A stretch of DNA of 64,000 nt from Vicugna vicugna (taxonomy: Eukaryota): positions 1 to 64,000 of the forward strand of contig MU057555.1 of assembly GCA_013265495.1 (NCBI GenBank), given 5' to 3'. How positions within the stretch are numbered: position 1 is the first letter of the stretch; each line of letters opens with the position of its first letter. Made by a program: the position numbers and the translations under genes. Positions 50,626 through 63,720 of the stretch are shown piece by piece. Below the pieces are notes generated by a model. That model was not told where the DNA came from and did no database searches. It saw only the letters and a program-made list of their open reading frames with translations.

Positions 50626-52037
50626 TGAGGGGCAGCTGGCCAGGCGAAGGGGCCAGGACCGCCCCTGAGTGACAGCCCCAAGCTCTCTGAAAGGGCCGTG
50701 GTATGGCAGTGGGTGGGCATGGGAACAGGCCCTCCCTCTGCAGCCGCACTTCCTCCAGAACCAGGCCAGCCCTTGGGCCTCCTCACCTTGTTCCCCAGCA
50801 CTCTCCCACTTGCTTCTTACACCCTGTGTGCACGGGTGCCGATGTGTGCGTGCTTGTGTGCTGTGTGCGCACGTGAGCATGTGTTTGCTTATGTGTATGC
50901 GCAGGTGCTGTGTGCACGCATCAATGCATGTGTGCCGGTGTGTGTGCGTGCATGTGCGGCACAGGCCCGTCCTGAGGCCTCCTCCCACTTACCCCCGACA
51001 GCAGAGGCCTCGGGCCCGTTCCTGCCCAGCTCTCCTTTCCTCCCACCAGCTGTGGGTGGGAAAGCACAGGCTTCTTCCCTCTGCCCTCCTTTCAGCTCTT
51101 CTCTCTCAGCTCCTGACAGCCCAGGCTCTGTTTTGCAGCACCAGCCCAGGTTGGTGTGGGGCACAGATTGAGAAGAGTATTTGTAGGGGCCCAGGCTCCC
51201 TTCTTGAGGCCTCCCTTCCAGACAGGAAGAGCTAGGCCAAAGGGAAGGTGGCACCTGGGCTGCTCTCCAGGGAAAGGAACCACCCCACAGCCCCGGGGGC
51301 TCTCTGGCTTCAGTCTCACAGAGAGAGTGCTTGAGAGGAGGACACCTCCACGTTCAAGAGGGGATGGAATCAAGCAAGAAGCTGTGGCAGCTGAGCCCTC
51401 TGCCGGCTGCTCCCTCACTTGCTTCTTCCCTCTCCTGGCACCCATCTGGCAGAAAGAGGCCTGGACTTTTCCTGAACACTTCCCTGTGTCCACCCGCCAT
51501 CTCCTGGGCCCTGCTATAGGACATGGAGAACAGTGAGGTTTACCCTCCCGGCTTCTTCCTCAGGGCCTCCTGGCTGGGAGCCCAGAGGCAGCCAGCAGCG
51601 GGGCAGGGCGTGGTGGCCACAAGGTGGGGGCGGGGAGCCCAGGCCCTCTGTGCAGGCAGCGGGAGGGCAGCAGGCCCTGCTCGACTCAGCTTTTATGAAC
51701 TCCAGAGAGAAGCCAAGTTTCTACAGCCCCCCTAATGAAACTGAGAGCAAGAGCGAGCTGATTGGAAACAGACAGGATGGGGAGGACTTGGCCAGGGAAG
51801 AGCTGGGGCCTACTCTGGGGTGGGAGTTGTACGTTCGAGGATGCGTGTACTAGGACGATGCGGCTGACCACTTAAGAATGTGGCCTGAGCAGCAGCCGCC
51901 AGGTGCACACCCACTCAGGCAGGAGATGTGTTTACGCGCACTGCGGGGGCCCACCCTGCATGGGCGCAGGGCCGTGTGTTTATCCAGAGCCCCACGGAAC
52001 TGTCTGCCTCCTCTCATCCCTCATCCAGGCTCCCACC

Positions 52038-52400
52038 CAGGCTGGGCCCAGGGTGAAGTGAATGAGGCAAAATGTAAAGGAGCGCGGGGTGGTGGGGAAG
52101 GGTATAGCGTGTGCTTAGCACGCATGAGATCCTGGGTTCAATCCCCAGTACCTCCATTAAAACAAACAAACAAACAAACCTAATTACCTCCCCACAAAAT
52201 AAAAAAAAATTTTTTTAATGTGAAGAGGCACCAAAAACCTCAGTCATCAAGATAAAAAATATTTTAATGCAATATTTCTAAAAATTAAAACTACTGCAAA
52301 AAAAAAAATACGATGAGCAAGTATCAGTATTTTAAGCAAAAGCCAGGACAGACCTTGTGCTTGCAAGACCCTGCCTTGTTACCTCACCCTAATTCTGGCC
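52038..52400 (+). mobile_element. MER96-like hAT element (interrupted by a SINE)
   Basis: cagggtgaagtgaatgaggcaaaatg...ggcaccaaaaacctcagtcatcaagataaaaaatattttaatgcaatattt...ctcaccctaattctggccctg. Confidence 0.6.
52086..52216 (+). mobile_element. tRNA-derived SINE with A-box deletion, inserted into a MER96-like element
   Basis: ggggaagggtatagc[~14 nt missing]gtgtgcttagcacgcatgagatcctgggttcaatccccagtacctcc, (AAAC)n, A tail; degenerate TSD (aatgtaaagg / aatgtgaaga). Confidence 0.85.
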
Positions 52401-52404
52401 CTGG

Positions 52405-52590
52405 TTCCGATCAAACTTTATTTTCAAAGATAAGCAGCTGGTCTGTGGGCCCTAGTTTGCCAATTTGACTTTTTAAAATATTGCATTAAAATTTTACTTA
52501 CCTTGATTTTACCGAGTTTTTTGGGGCACCATTTTAACTTTCCTTCTAGAGGCCAGTGCCTCACTCTCCTCACCCAGGCCCCTGCCCTGC
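52405..52590 (-). mobile_element. MER96-like hAT element, inverted relative to the adjacent copy
   Basis: aaatattgcattaaaat...gagttttttggggcacc...gtgcctcactctcctcacccaggccctg. Confidence 0.6.
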
Positions 52591-52677
52591 TGCCCCGTTC
52601 TCTGGATCCTGAGCTCCCTGACCAGCAGTTCTCCTTGTCTTCAGGGGTCCCCCCCGCCACCTCCCACTGCCTCCTAG

Positions 52678-52995
<318 letters not shown>

Positions 52996-53249
52996 TGAGG
53001 CTGGAGCAGCGGAGAGCCAGTAGTGCCGAGCACCTCGATCTTCTGGGTCTGGGAGTAGGGGTCTATGTATTGGGCACAGGCCTGTCTATCATGGTCCAGA
53101 CAGGTGGGGGCAGTAGGCCCCTTGCCCTCCTTGCGTTCTCTTGCCCTAGCAAGACTGTGCCCATGATCTGTCCAACGTGGGCCTGGGCCCCTTAGCTTCT
53201 AATACCCTCTCTTAAACCTCAGGGCTGCAAGGATTTGGTAGGTTCCAGA

Positions 53250-53460
53250 CCAAGGTTTCCCAGCCTTGGCACTACTGACATTTGGGGCTGTTCATTCTCT
53301 GCTGTGTGGGGATATCTTGTGCGCTGTGAGGTGTTGAGCAGCATTCCTGGCTCCCACCCACTCAATGCCAACATCACCTCCCCTCACTAGTGGTGTTGAT
53401 CATGAGTGTCTCCAGATTTCAGTGTGCCCAGGGGGCATGACCATCCCTGGTGAGAAGTCC
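53250..53460 (-). mobile_element. MER20-like element
   Basis: caaggtttcccagccttggcactactgacatttggggctg...gttgagcagcattcctggctcccacccactcaatgcca. Confidence 0.75.
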
Positions 53461-54914
53461 TCGGTAGAGGGAAGGCCTCGTGCTACAGGGGCTGTCATGG
53501 GGACGCCTGTTGGCAGGACTCTTAACAAGGGGTTCTCAAGTCAGTCACAGTTCTGGGGTGAAGGCTTTCTGCTCCTCAGTCTGAGAGCAAGACTGGCTCC
53601 GCATGGATCTCGGTGGCCCCACTGCCCTTCTCTATCAGCGAGCCCTAGGTTCCGATCACTGATGAGCAGAAACACAGGGCCATTCAGCAAAGGAATTATC
53701 CCAGACGGTGGTGGGCCAGAGGTGACCCTTCAGTGGGACAGTGGTCCTTATTTAGTCCCTGGGAAACCATTCCAGGTTGGGCCACGGTGGTCTCTAGACC
53801 CCTGGGAATGTTCTGGAACCCCCGCAGCATGCTGTGCTATGAGAAGGCACAGCTCCTTCCCCCAGGCCAGTCCAGCCTGGAACTCCGCTGTGAGAGATCA
53901 GGTAGGGAGGACACTCAAAGTGCAGTGTTAGGGAAAGGCATTTGGAAGCCCACACCAGAAGCAGCCCAGGGAGAGGGGTGGGCGGCCCTTGGCTATCTGG
54001 CCCAGTGCTGCCTCAGGCACGCTGCGCGGTGCTGGTGCATTGATCTGGGGCAGGGCCATGGCTGGGCCTCCTTGCTCTTGCTGTCCAGGACGGAAGCCAG
54101 TCCTCTTCCCTCCCTTCTGCTCTTCCTCCTTCTTCCACTTTTCTCATCTCCTTTCCCCCTTTGCCCTGCGAGGGTTTTTCTTGTTGGCTCTGCAGCTCCT
54201 CAGCACACTCAGAGCTTTGCCTGCCTCTCTGGACAAGCTCTGTCCACTCTTAGGGGTGTGGAAGGAAAAGTGGACCTGACTTGCAACAGCTACTGCACCT
54301 CCTTCAGAGATGCCGGCAGAGTCTACAGGAGCTGCCAGATCCCAAGGGGCCTGGGGTCTGGAATATGGATCAGAGAGACCAGGAACCCCACTGTGCCTGC
54401 TTCTCACCTACAGAGGCAGCTGGTGTTTGGAATCAAAATGAGACCAACCTGGAGGACTGATTTAGCCCAAAGAACCAAAGCTAACCCATGGACCGTTGGG
54501 AGTGTGGGTCCGTCCATCCCTGGACATCCTGTTACCCAGGTCCTTAGCCTCTCCCTTTACTTGATCATTCAAGATCAAGGGCTCACTTGGCCTAGAAGGT
54601 CATTTTCTCAAGGCAGGTCCTTGCTCTGAGTAGAGCACAGACAAAATGCTACCGACAGGGGAGCAAATGCCACTCTGGTTAAACAGAGAGTCTAGTCCGG
54701 CTGGAGCTCTCTGGTTTCCTCTTGTGCCCAAGAGCTGGGGGCGGGTGAACTTCTGCAGTGAGCCTGCTCCGTGGGGCCTAGCTTCTGAGAGGAGGGTAGA
54801 GAGGGCACCTCTCTAGCTGTGGGGGAGTAGAGAGCTAGTGGGCCTGGGCTCTGCAGCAGACCTGGTGGCAGGGGATGGGAGTCCTGGGCTGTGCTTGCTC
54901 CATGGCCACCTCCA

Positions 54915-55100
54915 CAGTGGCAGTTCTCAGTCAGCATCTATGAGAGTCACTTGGAAGCCTCACTAACATGCAGGTGACTGGGCTTCACCTGATTCTGATT
55001 CAGCAGGTCTGATGTGGGACTGAGAATCTGCATTTCTCCCCAAGATCCCAGGTGATGCCGCTGCTTCTGGTTAGGGGACCCCCTTTGAGAACCACTAATC
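54915..55100 (+). mobile_element. MER5A-like hAT-Charlie element
   Basis: gattctgattcagcaggtctg...tgagaatctgcatttct...cccaggtgatgc...ctttgagaaccact. Confidence 0.75.
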
Positions 55101-56936
55101 TAGGGACTAGAGGGGTAAATTCCTAACTTCCTTGAGAATCTGAAGTTATGGAACATCTTTGCAGAAAAAATATATGAATACAAAATTTTACAGACAATTT
55201 GAAGAATGGTTCCCAGGTACCTCTATGGCTTGTCCTTAGTCCCCAGTGTAAGGCCTTGATTGAGAAAACCAAATCAGTAAAGGCCAAGGCCAAGTGGAGA
55301 CACCACTCAGAGGAGATGCAAAGGGCAGAAAGAGGATGCCTGGTTAGCTGTATTTCTGGCATGGAGGAGAAACCACCAAGCAAGTACGATGGAGAAGTTG
55401 CAGGGCCCAATAGGAGAGTATGACTGTGTGAGAGAGAAAGCCGGGTTCTAGCTAAGCCTCGACCACCAATGCCAGAATGGCCAGGCCCGCATCTTCACCT
55501 GTCAGATGAAGGTGAGGAGCTATCCCAGCCTCTAAGTTCCTTCCAGCCTTTAATTCACAAGTCCTTAAGGCACCTCAAAATCACAAGACTTTGAGATTTT
55601 TAAAACCTCAACTTGTACCCCAACCAGAGCTGAGACATCCTTGTCAGGTTGCAAGTTGCTTCTAGCAACTGAATGTTGTAAATCAGCCGGTTTTACTGTC
55701 TGGCAGTATTGGATGGGGATTTGCTTTATCAGGCGGGATTAGCAATGTAGATCCTCCTCAGGGGAGACAGGCTGTGAGGACTAGAAGGAAGCAGAGGCCA
55801 CCCTGTGGGAGCAAGGGCTGCCTGGAAAGCCCACATGTCCCAGCCACCTGGAGCTCAAGCTCAGGATGGCCGGGGGAGAAGGAGTGAGGCTGTGATCTGT
55901 TGGGATTGTTCCATTTCCTGCCCTGATGGAAGAACGACATAGGAGCCAGATAAGTCGTGGAAAGGAGGGAAGGCAGCTGCCACTTGTGTGTCAGCATTAC
56001 CCTGCAGGGCTGGAAACCCTTGCCCTCTGGCCTGCTTTGTTGCTTGGAACCGAAGAGTCCATTTCCAAAATGACACCTGGCACGGTTTTTAGCCCAGGAC
56101 ACAGACAAGGACTAGCAGCAGCCACTGCTTGCTTTTGTCAGGGGCCTCTGAGTGGGCAGGAAAGATCAAGTCAAGGGAACCATTTGGTGGGACAATGTCA
56201 GATCTAGGTCACTAGAGGTGAAGGGTGGTAGGCAGTACAGGAGGTCAGAAGGGCATGGCCTGCACAGCTTAGTCACGAGGCTCTGGTTTTCAAGTACAGC
56301 AGGATGGACTAGTCAGTGCAGCTCAGTCAGTGGGACTGAGCTGCACGCTTGAGCCACACATAGGTGACGCTCTGCCTGCTTGTTGGGGAGCCTGCTTCAG
56401 AGGCTCCAGCGGAGGTCAAGAGTGTCTTGGAAGAATAAGACAGAGAGAGCTGGGTGGTGGTTCAGGGAGTCTGGCTGGTCCCCATGCTGAGGACAGTGTT
56501 TTCTGAGCAGGCCTTGAAGGGTGTAGGAAAGGGGTCTTTGGACAGAGGGTTCTACAGTCAGCAGGTGTGCAGCCCCGACTACTTAGGCCGCAATGGGAAG
56601 TACTTAGAGGAAGGGAGTGTAGGAGCAAGAATGGTGGAAGACCCCATCGGGGCTCTACCACCGAGTCCTTGAATGCCCAACTTGGGGGCTAATGTTTTAT
56701 GTCAGGTGTAGTCGTCACTGTGGTGGGTTCTGGGGTCCGTGAGAAGTCTGAGCTCCTTTAGATTTTGGAAGAGGGTTGATGTGCCTGCTGGAAAGAATCC
56801 ACAGGATCCCTGCAGTCAGACAGACATGGCTGTGAATTTCAGGCCTTGCTAGTCCAGCTGGGTGACTTTGGATAAACCACTTAAATATGAAGAGCCCCAG
56901 TTTCCACTGAAAGGGGGAGAGTAGAGCTACCCTTGC

Positions 56937-57145
56937 AGCAAGGTTTCTCAGCCTCGGTGCTGTTAACGTTCAGACTGATGAGCCTTTGTCCTGGGGGCTG
57001 TCCTGAGTGTTGTAGGGTGTTGAGCAGTGTCCTCAGCCTCCACCTGCTAGTTGCCAATAGCAGCCCCCAAGTTGTGCTAACCAAAATGTCTCCAGACATT
57101 GCCAATACCCCCTGGGGGGCAGGACTCTCCCTAAACAAGGACTGC
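56937..57145 (-). mobile_element. MER20-like element
   Basis: aggtttctcagcctcggtgctgttaac...ccaaaatgtctccagacattgccaataccccctgggggg. Confidence 0.8.
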
Positions 57146-58361
57146 TGCCTTACAGGGTGGTTGGGGGATTGGACACAACCTGAGTGAAGTGCCTCAGGCA
57201 GAGCCAGGTGCCAAGGGCACTGAGCTGATGAGCATACAGTCAGCATGGGAGAGACCCCTTGGGGGTCATTGTCAGTCCAGGAGAAATCAGAAAGGATAGA
57301 AGCATGGCCTGGCTGAAAACATCCAGGGTTGGGCCTTGCAGGGTTTGCTCACCAACAGAAGGGGGAGTACAGGAACCTTCTGAGGTCTTGAACCTGGGTG
57401 GCTGAGAGTGCAAAGGTTTGACCCACAGGAGAAGGGTCAGTTGAGGATGGAGAGCTCTGGCCTGGCCTCCTTGAGCCTGGGCTGCAGGTGGTCATCACGC
57501 ACACTGTCCAGAGCAGCAGGACGTATGTGCCCAGAGCTGCAGGTAAGCTGTGTCTGCAAGAGGCCTGGGACCTCTTCCCATCCTTGTGGCGTCTATGTCC
57601 CCTGAAGCCCAAAGGCTGATGGACATAAAGCCACATATGGGGTCTGGAGGAGGAAACTTAAGTATAAGGCAGAAGAGGGAATAAAGGACAATTAGTGAAT
57701 CTGGTGACCCAGCATCCCTACCTTCTGAGAGATGTCCACTCAGAGAACCTTGCGGGAACCAGAGCTGTCAGCAGTGGGTTTTCCTCTCAGGCTGTTCTGT
57801 AGCAAATAGACCAGGACCCCATTGTCCTCAGGCTACCAGAGCCTGGTGTGAGCTCCCTGGCATCCGCCCGAGGCCATGACGCTGGTGGGCCTATGGGTCC
57901 TGGTTTGGGTCAGCTGGCCCTCCCCCAAGGGCCCACAGAGAGGAGGCATGTGTGTGTTCAGGGGGAAACAGGGGGCAAGCTGGTGCATCTTTCCTGCTGT
58001 AGAAGTTCTTCAAGAGCATGAGATTCTGAGGGCAGCTGCTTATATGGCTAGGTGGCACGTTTTGGTACCTAAAACCTGTTCCCTAAGCAATAACAAACCA
58101 CCCGTCGGATATCCCCCCTTCCTCCCTCCCACAACGTCAAAAGAGGACTAAAAAAAAAAAAAAAAAAGAGAGAGAAACATCTGAGAGACCAAATAGAGGC
58201 CTCATCCCCTCACCAACACTGTGCCCTGGAGAAGAGAACCCCATCTTACATCTTCCGCCGGGAGCGCCCGCTCTCAGGAGCGAGCTGGCGTGGCCGCGCA
58301 GGGGAGCGTGTGTCTGTGTGTGATGTGCCTTCATGCGTCACTCTATTTATGTTGTTCGCAG

Positions 58362-58509
58362 CCCAACGGTAGCGGCCAGGGCAAAGTCCCGGGGTCATTT
58401 TTGCTACCACCGCCGCCTCCAGTGGCCAGACCTGTGCCCCTTCCTATGCCTGATTCCAAATCCACCAGCACTGCCCCAGACGGCGCCGCCTTGACTCCTC
58501 CATCACCTT
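58362..58509 (+). CDS. NFIX: NFIX exon 9 (148 nt, proline-rich; skipping shifts the frame)
   Basis: ttcgcag|CCCAAC acceptor, CCTT|gtaagt donor; encodes [49 protein letters not shown]. Confidence 0.96.
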
Positions 58510-59131
58510 GTAAGTGGACGATGAAACCGAAACCACAACGCCCAGCGTCCCCAGCCCATCCAAACAGTCTCCACTGCAAAAAGAAAAGCCCCCTCTTTCA
58601 CTGTCAAAGTCCCCCAACCCATTGTGCCACGGAGCCTCCCACTCGGACAAGAACAGAGCTGAGCCCCCCAACCACAGCCTCCCGGGCCTTAGTTGCACCA
58701 GCCAGCACCCCATGAGGCCCCCTGCCTGCCCACTGCTCCCAGCCGGGGCCCCTGGCCCAGGCCCCTCCGGGGGGCGGGAGGGGGAGCACAGTGGGGCGCA
58801 CAGGCCAGGGGTGCTGGCCAGGGTGGGAGGGGGGAGGGGAGGCACAGCCATGCCATCTTCATGCCTAATTGCTGTTTTTTTCATTTTTCGTTTTTTTGTT
58901 TTTTGATTTTTTTTTTTTGTTTCGTTTTCCCCTCCCCCCCCCACACCAAGAAAATTAAATGTGACCACAAGGCGACGCCACCACCATCCCCTTTTTGCCT
59001 TGCCCCCTTCACCTCCATTCTGGGGCCCTCAGGCCTCTAAAAGTGCAGCAGGCCAGCCCCTGATCCCCTCCCCTTCAGCCTTCAGTCTCACGTTTGGTTT
59101 CTCGTTGTTCCTCTTTTTTTTTTTTTTTCCC

Positions 59132-59243
59132 NNNNNNNNNNNNNNNNNNNNNNNNNNNNNNNNNNNNNNNNNNNNNNNNNNNNNNNNNNNNNNNNNNNNN
59201 NNNNNNNNNNNNNNNNNNNNNNNNNNNNNNNNNNNNNNNNNNN
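59132..59243. other. Assembly gap (112 N) in intron 9
   Basis: Run of N flanked by poly-T tracts. Confidence 1.
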
Positions 59244-60535
59244 TCTCTTGCTTTCTTTTTTTTTTTTTAAGCCAATGACAAATTTTGTCAAAGGGAAGAG
59301 ACAAATCTGGGTTGAGAGGCCCAAGGTAGACCCGACGCATGAAGGACAGGAGAGGCGGAGGGTGGGCGGCGTGCCGTCTGCGGGTCTGTGGGCAGGGGTG
59401 GCAGCGCTTCGGGCGCTCTGGGGGCTGGCAGGCCGTGGGCCAGGACTTCGGGACAGCGGCGGAAGGGGTGGCCCATCTCACCACTTTGCTCCGTCTCGCA
59501 CTCTCTGTCTCACCTTCTTTTTCATGGTTTGAGTTCTTTTCCCCTCTCCATCCTCTTCATGCCATCTTCTCATTTGCATTCGCCATAAGACACGAAGTCA
59601 TGGTCATGGTCATCGGAGGTGGGCAGGGTGGGAGAGGGGGAGCCAGGCCGCGGGCTGGCTGGGGGGCACTTATGGACAGAATGTGGAGCATGGGCTTCCT
59701 GGGGTGTATCTGGTGCAGGGAGGGGTGTGGGGGGACTCCCAGTTAGCCTGTGACACTCCTTGTCTCCTCTGGGGGCATCCTCCCTCCTGGGGGTACAGGG
59801 CCAGTCCCCTCCCGTAGGGCTCCAGCCAGATAACCCGAGAGGAGCTCATGGGTATTTGGCCCATTTGCCTCTCAGGCTCCAGAACAGCTGCCCTCTGTGC
59901 CCAAGCCCCAGGGCTCTGGTAGGCCCTCCAGCCTCCTCCTCTTCTTGCATCTTGGCCCATCTCAGGCCTTGGGGACCACAGGACCATGGGACCTAGTTCA
60001 TCCATCAGAGAAGGAGAATGTCTGTCAGGCCTGAACCTTGCCACCCCTGGGTCTGAACCAGCAGCCAGCTCCTAGACCCCTCTCTGACACTGTTCCACCC
60101 AGCTCAGCCCTCCGTTGGGACCCTTCAAGTTTCCTGAGCCACCAGCCCAGTCAGGGTGGTAAGTGGTGCAGCACCCAACTAACCACCCCATTTGCAGAGG
60201 TAGTGGCCCAGCTGAGATGGCCTTCCCCAGACAGGGTGAGGCCTGTCTGCCAGAGCTTCCACACTCCCGGGCTCCCTCTTCTCCAGACCCAAGAGGCCAG
60301 TAGGCAAGCAAAGATACCTGCTGTGGGTGCTCTGGAAGGAGGGCGATCCCTTGCCCTGTCTAGTGCCTGTTTAGGGGACAGAACTAGGTCCATGGGACCT
60401 AAGCTAAAGCCTCCAGGGCCATGAAAGAGGATCCCTGGCTGAGGTGGAGTGCCAGGGGTAGGGGACAGTGTCTGCTCCTGGCCAGTGAGAGGATGAGGGG
60501 GCCCCTCCGGCCTGTCCTTCCCACTGCCAGCCTAA

Positions 60536-60744
<209 letters not shown>

Positions 60745-63224
60745 GTAGGAGGCCCTGCCCACCAAGTGGATGCAGGCAGGGGTGGGGGCATCATGGTGTT
60801 AGGGAAGAGGCCGGAATCCTTGGGGCCAATCCGGGAGAACGGGCTGGGGCAGGGCTCGAGGGCTCAGGCTTCTGCGCGCCCAGCTGAGCCTGCCTCCCCA
60901 GGCAGCCTCTAGACCCCCTGGCTAATCAGCTAATTGGATAATTAGCTCTGACAGCCCTGGCCCTGGGGAAGGCGGCCAAGGACCCAAGGCCAGAGGCGCT
61001 CTGGGCCAGGCCTGGTAGAAGCAAAGATGGAAGTGGGAGGCTCCATCAAGTGGAGGACAGGGTCTGCCCTGTTGCTTTCTTCCTGCTCCGGCTGTACACC
61101 CTGGCCCCTGGCCCTCCTCACTTCCCGGTTTTGGGTGGGCTGGGCAAGGGTGGAGGAGGGACAAAGGCGGGCTGGTGGGCCACATGCCCAGAGGCTCTGG
61201 CACTGAGGGTAAGGCAGGGCCTGAAGCCATCCTGGAGGCACCTCCCCCAAGTCCCATGAATCCTGTTAGAGGGGAGACCAGGCTGGAGCCCCCATTTCTC
61301 ACAAGGAAACACTCCCCGCCAACCCTCCTGTTGGAGGCCCCGGGACCCGGCTTTGCACTGGCATCTTTGCACACACACATGCATGCAGGCCCTCTCCTCC
61401 CTGTGCCTGTCCCCAAGAGGCTGGGAATAGCCTGCAGAGACCAGGGCCCTCAGGGCACAGGGAGGACCAGCTGCAGGAGCAGGGCAGAGAGGATTGAGAG
61501 GGGAACACGCAAATATCTTTTTCTTTTGCACATTTTACGAGAACACTGCCCTGTGAGCCCAGGGCCTTAGAGGCTTCCTCAGCCCTAGGGCCACCTCCTT
61601 CAGCTCCTGCTCCCTCTCTGCTCTGAGGCCCAAGTCCAGAGAAAGTTGGTGGATGGAAGTTTTGTGTGTGTGGTTTAAGATTTTATTTTTTTCCCTTTTC
61701 CTTTCCCTCCCTTAAAAAAAAAAAGCCTAAAAACTTTGTCAAACTTCAAACTTCAGAGCTCCCTAGTGGCAAGGAGGGGAGGGGAGGAGAACTTCAGCCC
61801 CTCCAGCTTCCCACCCCCTTTCCCCAGAGTCACGTCTGACCCGTCTGGTTTCCAGGAGCAACCAGACATGATGTAACACCCAGATGAACTTGAACTTGGG
61901 GGTGTTGAGAAGAAAAACAATGGCTCTGAGCAGGGGCTGGAGCCAGCCCCCTCCGCTCTGTGCCAGGGAGGCCGAGAGAGCCCTGCTGGCAGAGGGCAGG
62001 AGGGGGTGCCAGAGGAAGGGACAGCAGGCGGGCCTCCCCTCTTGGCTCTGGGCTGGCACCAGGCGGCAGGGCTCCATTGCTCCCGCCTGCCCACCCTCCC
62101 TCCCGCTATCCGCCCTGCAGCTCTGACTGTATTCGATTGCTCATGCTCACTCTCGGGGACCACTGCCACAAGCCCTCCCCGTTCACCCCATTTCCGCCTC
62201 TGCATGCTTTCCCTTCTTCACTTTCTCTGCTCACTTTGCTTGGATGTCCGGGCCAACTCAGAGTTTGAGGCAAGTTTGGGAAATAGTTTTTCTTCCCCTT
62301 GTTTCTACCAGGGGCCTTGGGCCTGGGCCCTGAGCAGGCAGGTGTGTCTGGGGATGGGGGGTGGAGGGGCTGGAGTCGGACAAGCTAAGCAGGGAGCCCT
62401 TGGGCCTGGGGGCAGGCAGGCGGCTGCAGCGGGCGCAGGGGGTACAGTGGGGGGCGGTTTCCACAGTAACCAGTGACTTTAGCTGATCTCTGGAGCACCA
62501 GATGGAGAGAGAACAATAGAATGAGGGAAGAAAAGAGAATTTTAGCAATTTTGTCATTCCCTGGGCAGCGCTTTTTACTTAGTTTTAATCAATTTTGGAC
62601 CTGGCTCAGGAAGCAGGGAGGGGTGAGCAGAAAAAGCCACTCCGTGCTTGGCAGCAGATCTCCTGTTTCTGGGACCCATGGGGAGGCACCAGGGAGTCCT
62701 GTTGGAGCTGTCTTTGTCCCTAACTCCAGGCCTGGAACTGGAGTCTTCCTCCTCTGAGGGGGGCCCCCTCAATCTGAGCACTGGTGGTTGTCCCCCTGCC
62801 ACCATGCAGCTCAGGAGACCCCCAAAGGGGCTAGCCTGGGGCCTTGGCATGATCTGCAGACCCTCCCTGTCCAGTTGTCCCTAGCCTCTTTTCCCTCACA
62901 GGAAAGGGGAGGGGCAGGCTCACAGCCAGGCTGATGGTGTCGGGGTCCCCCATGTGGTCTCCCCTTGGGAAAGGGGTGCCAGAGAACACTAACACCCAAG
63001 CCTGCAGGGACAGGGGGCTCACCCAGGCAGCTCCCCACCTCCTCGGGCCAGGACCGAAGCCCAGGAGCTGGTTGCTGAGCCATCCCTCCCCCGTCCATTC
63101 TGGGAATGCTGCATACCTGGGTTTCCCCCACACCTTGCTAGGCCCCCATTAGCCTCCGTTTCGCCTTTAATCAGTTGATGGGGTTGGACTTTGGGCAGGT
63201 GTTCCGGGAGCTCCACTACAAGAG

Positions 63225-63352
63225 GGCAGGTCTCCTCCGTGCACGTTGTCCAGCACATAGCAGGAAGTGTAGCATCTCTCTGCCCGCCTGGTAAATGCTA
63301 GCAGTGCCCCCGGTCATTTTGGCAACCCCAAACCCCCACGTTTCCCAGTGCC
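63225..63352 (-). mobile_element. Degenerate MER20-like fragment
   Basis: agcatctctctgcccgcctggtaaatgctagcagtgcccccggtcattttggcaacccca resembles the MER20 minus strand. Confidence 0.45.
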
Positions 63353-63357
63353 CTCCA

Positions 63358-63562
63358 TCTGCAGTATCCAGTGGGGTAGCCGCTGGCCACATGTGACTGT
63401 TTAAATTAAATAACTAACTAGAGAAAAATTTAGTCTCTGGGTCACACTAGCCACATTTCGAGTGCTTCGAAGCTGTGCATCATTGCTAGTAGTTACTGCG
63501 CTGGACACACTGGACAGCACAAACAGAGAACATTTCCACTGTCACGGGAAGTTTTAGATGAT
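63358..63562. mobile_element. MER3/MER33-like hAT-Charlie element
   Basis: gtagccgctggccacatgtgactgtttaaattaaa...cacactagccacatttcgagtgct...gaacatttccactgtcacgggaagttt. Confidence 0.7.
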
Positions 63563-63577
63563 CTCCAAGACCCTCTC

Positions 63578-63720
63578 TTTCTTTTTTTTCCCCAGTTTTA
63601 CTGCGATATAATTGACATAAAATATTGTATAAATCTAAGGTGTACAACATAATGATTTGACTTACGTACATCACAAAATGATGACCACAATAGGTTTAGT
63701 GAACATCTGTCATCTTATAT
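63578..63720 (-). mobile_element. L1 3' terminal fragment
   Basis: Poly-T followed by gatataattgacataaaatattgtataaatctaaggtgtacaacataatgatttga. Confidence 0.75.

Noticed and set aside
53733..54629. 298-aa ORF in intron 8, and other long intronic ORFs such as 11353-12069, 29408-30160 and 26825-27427
   Set aside because: No recognisable domains; several lack an ATG start, and their composition is that expected from GC-rich non-coding DNA.
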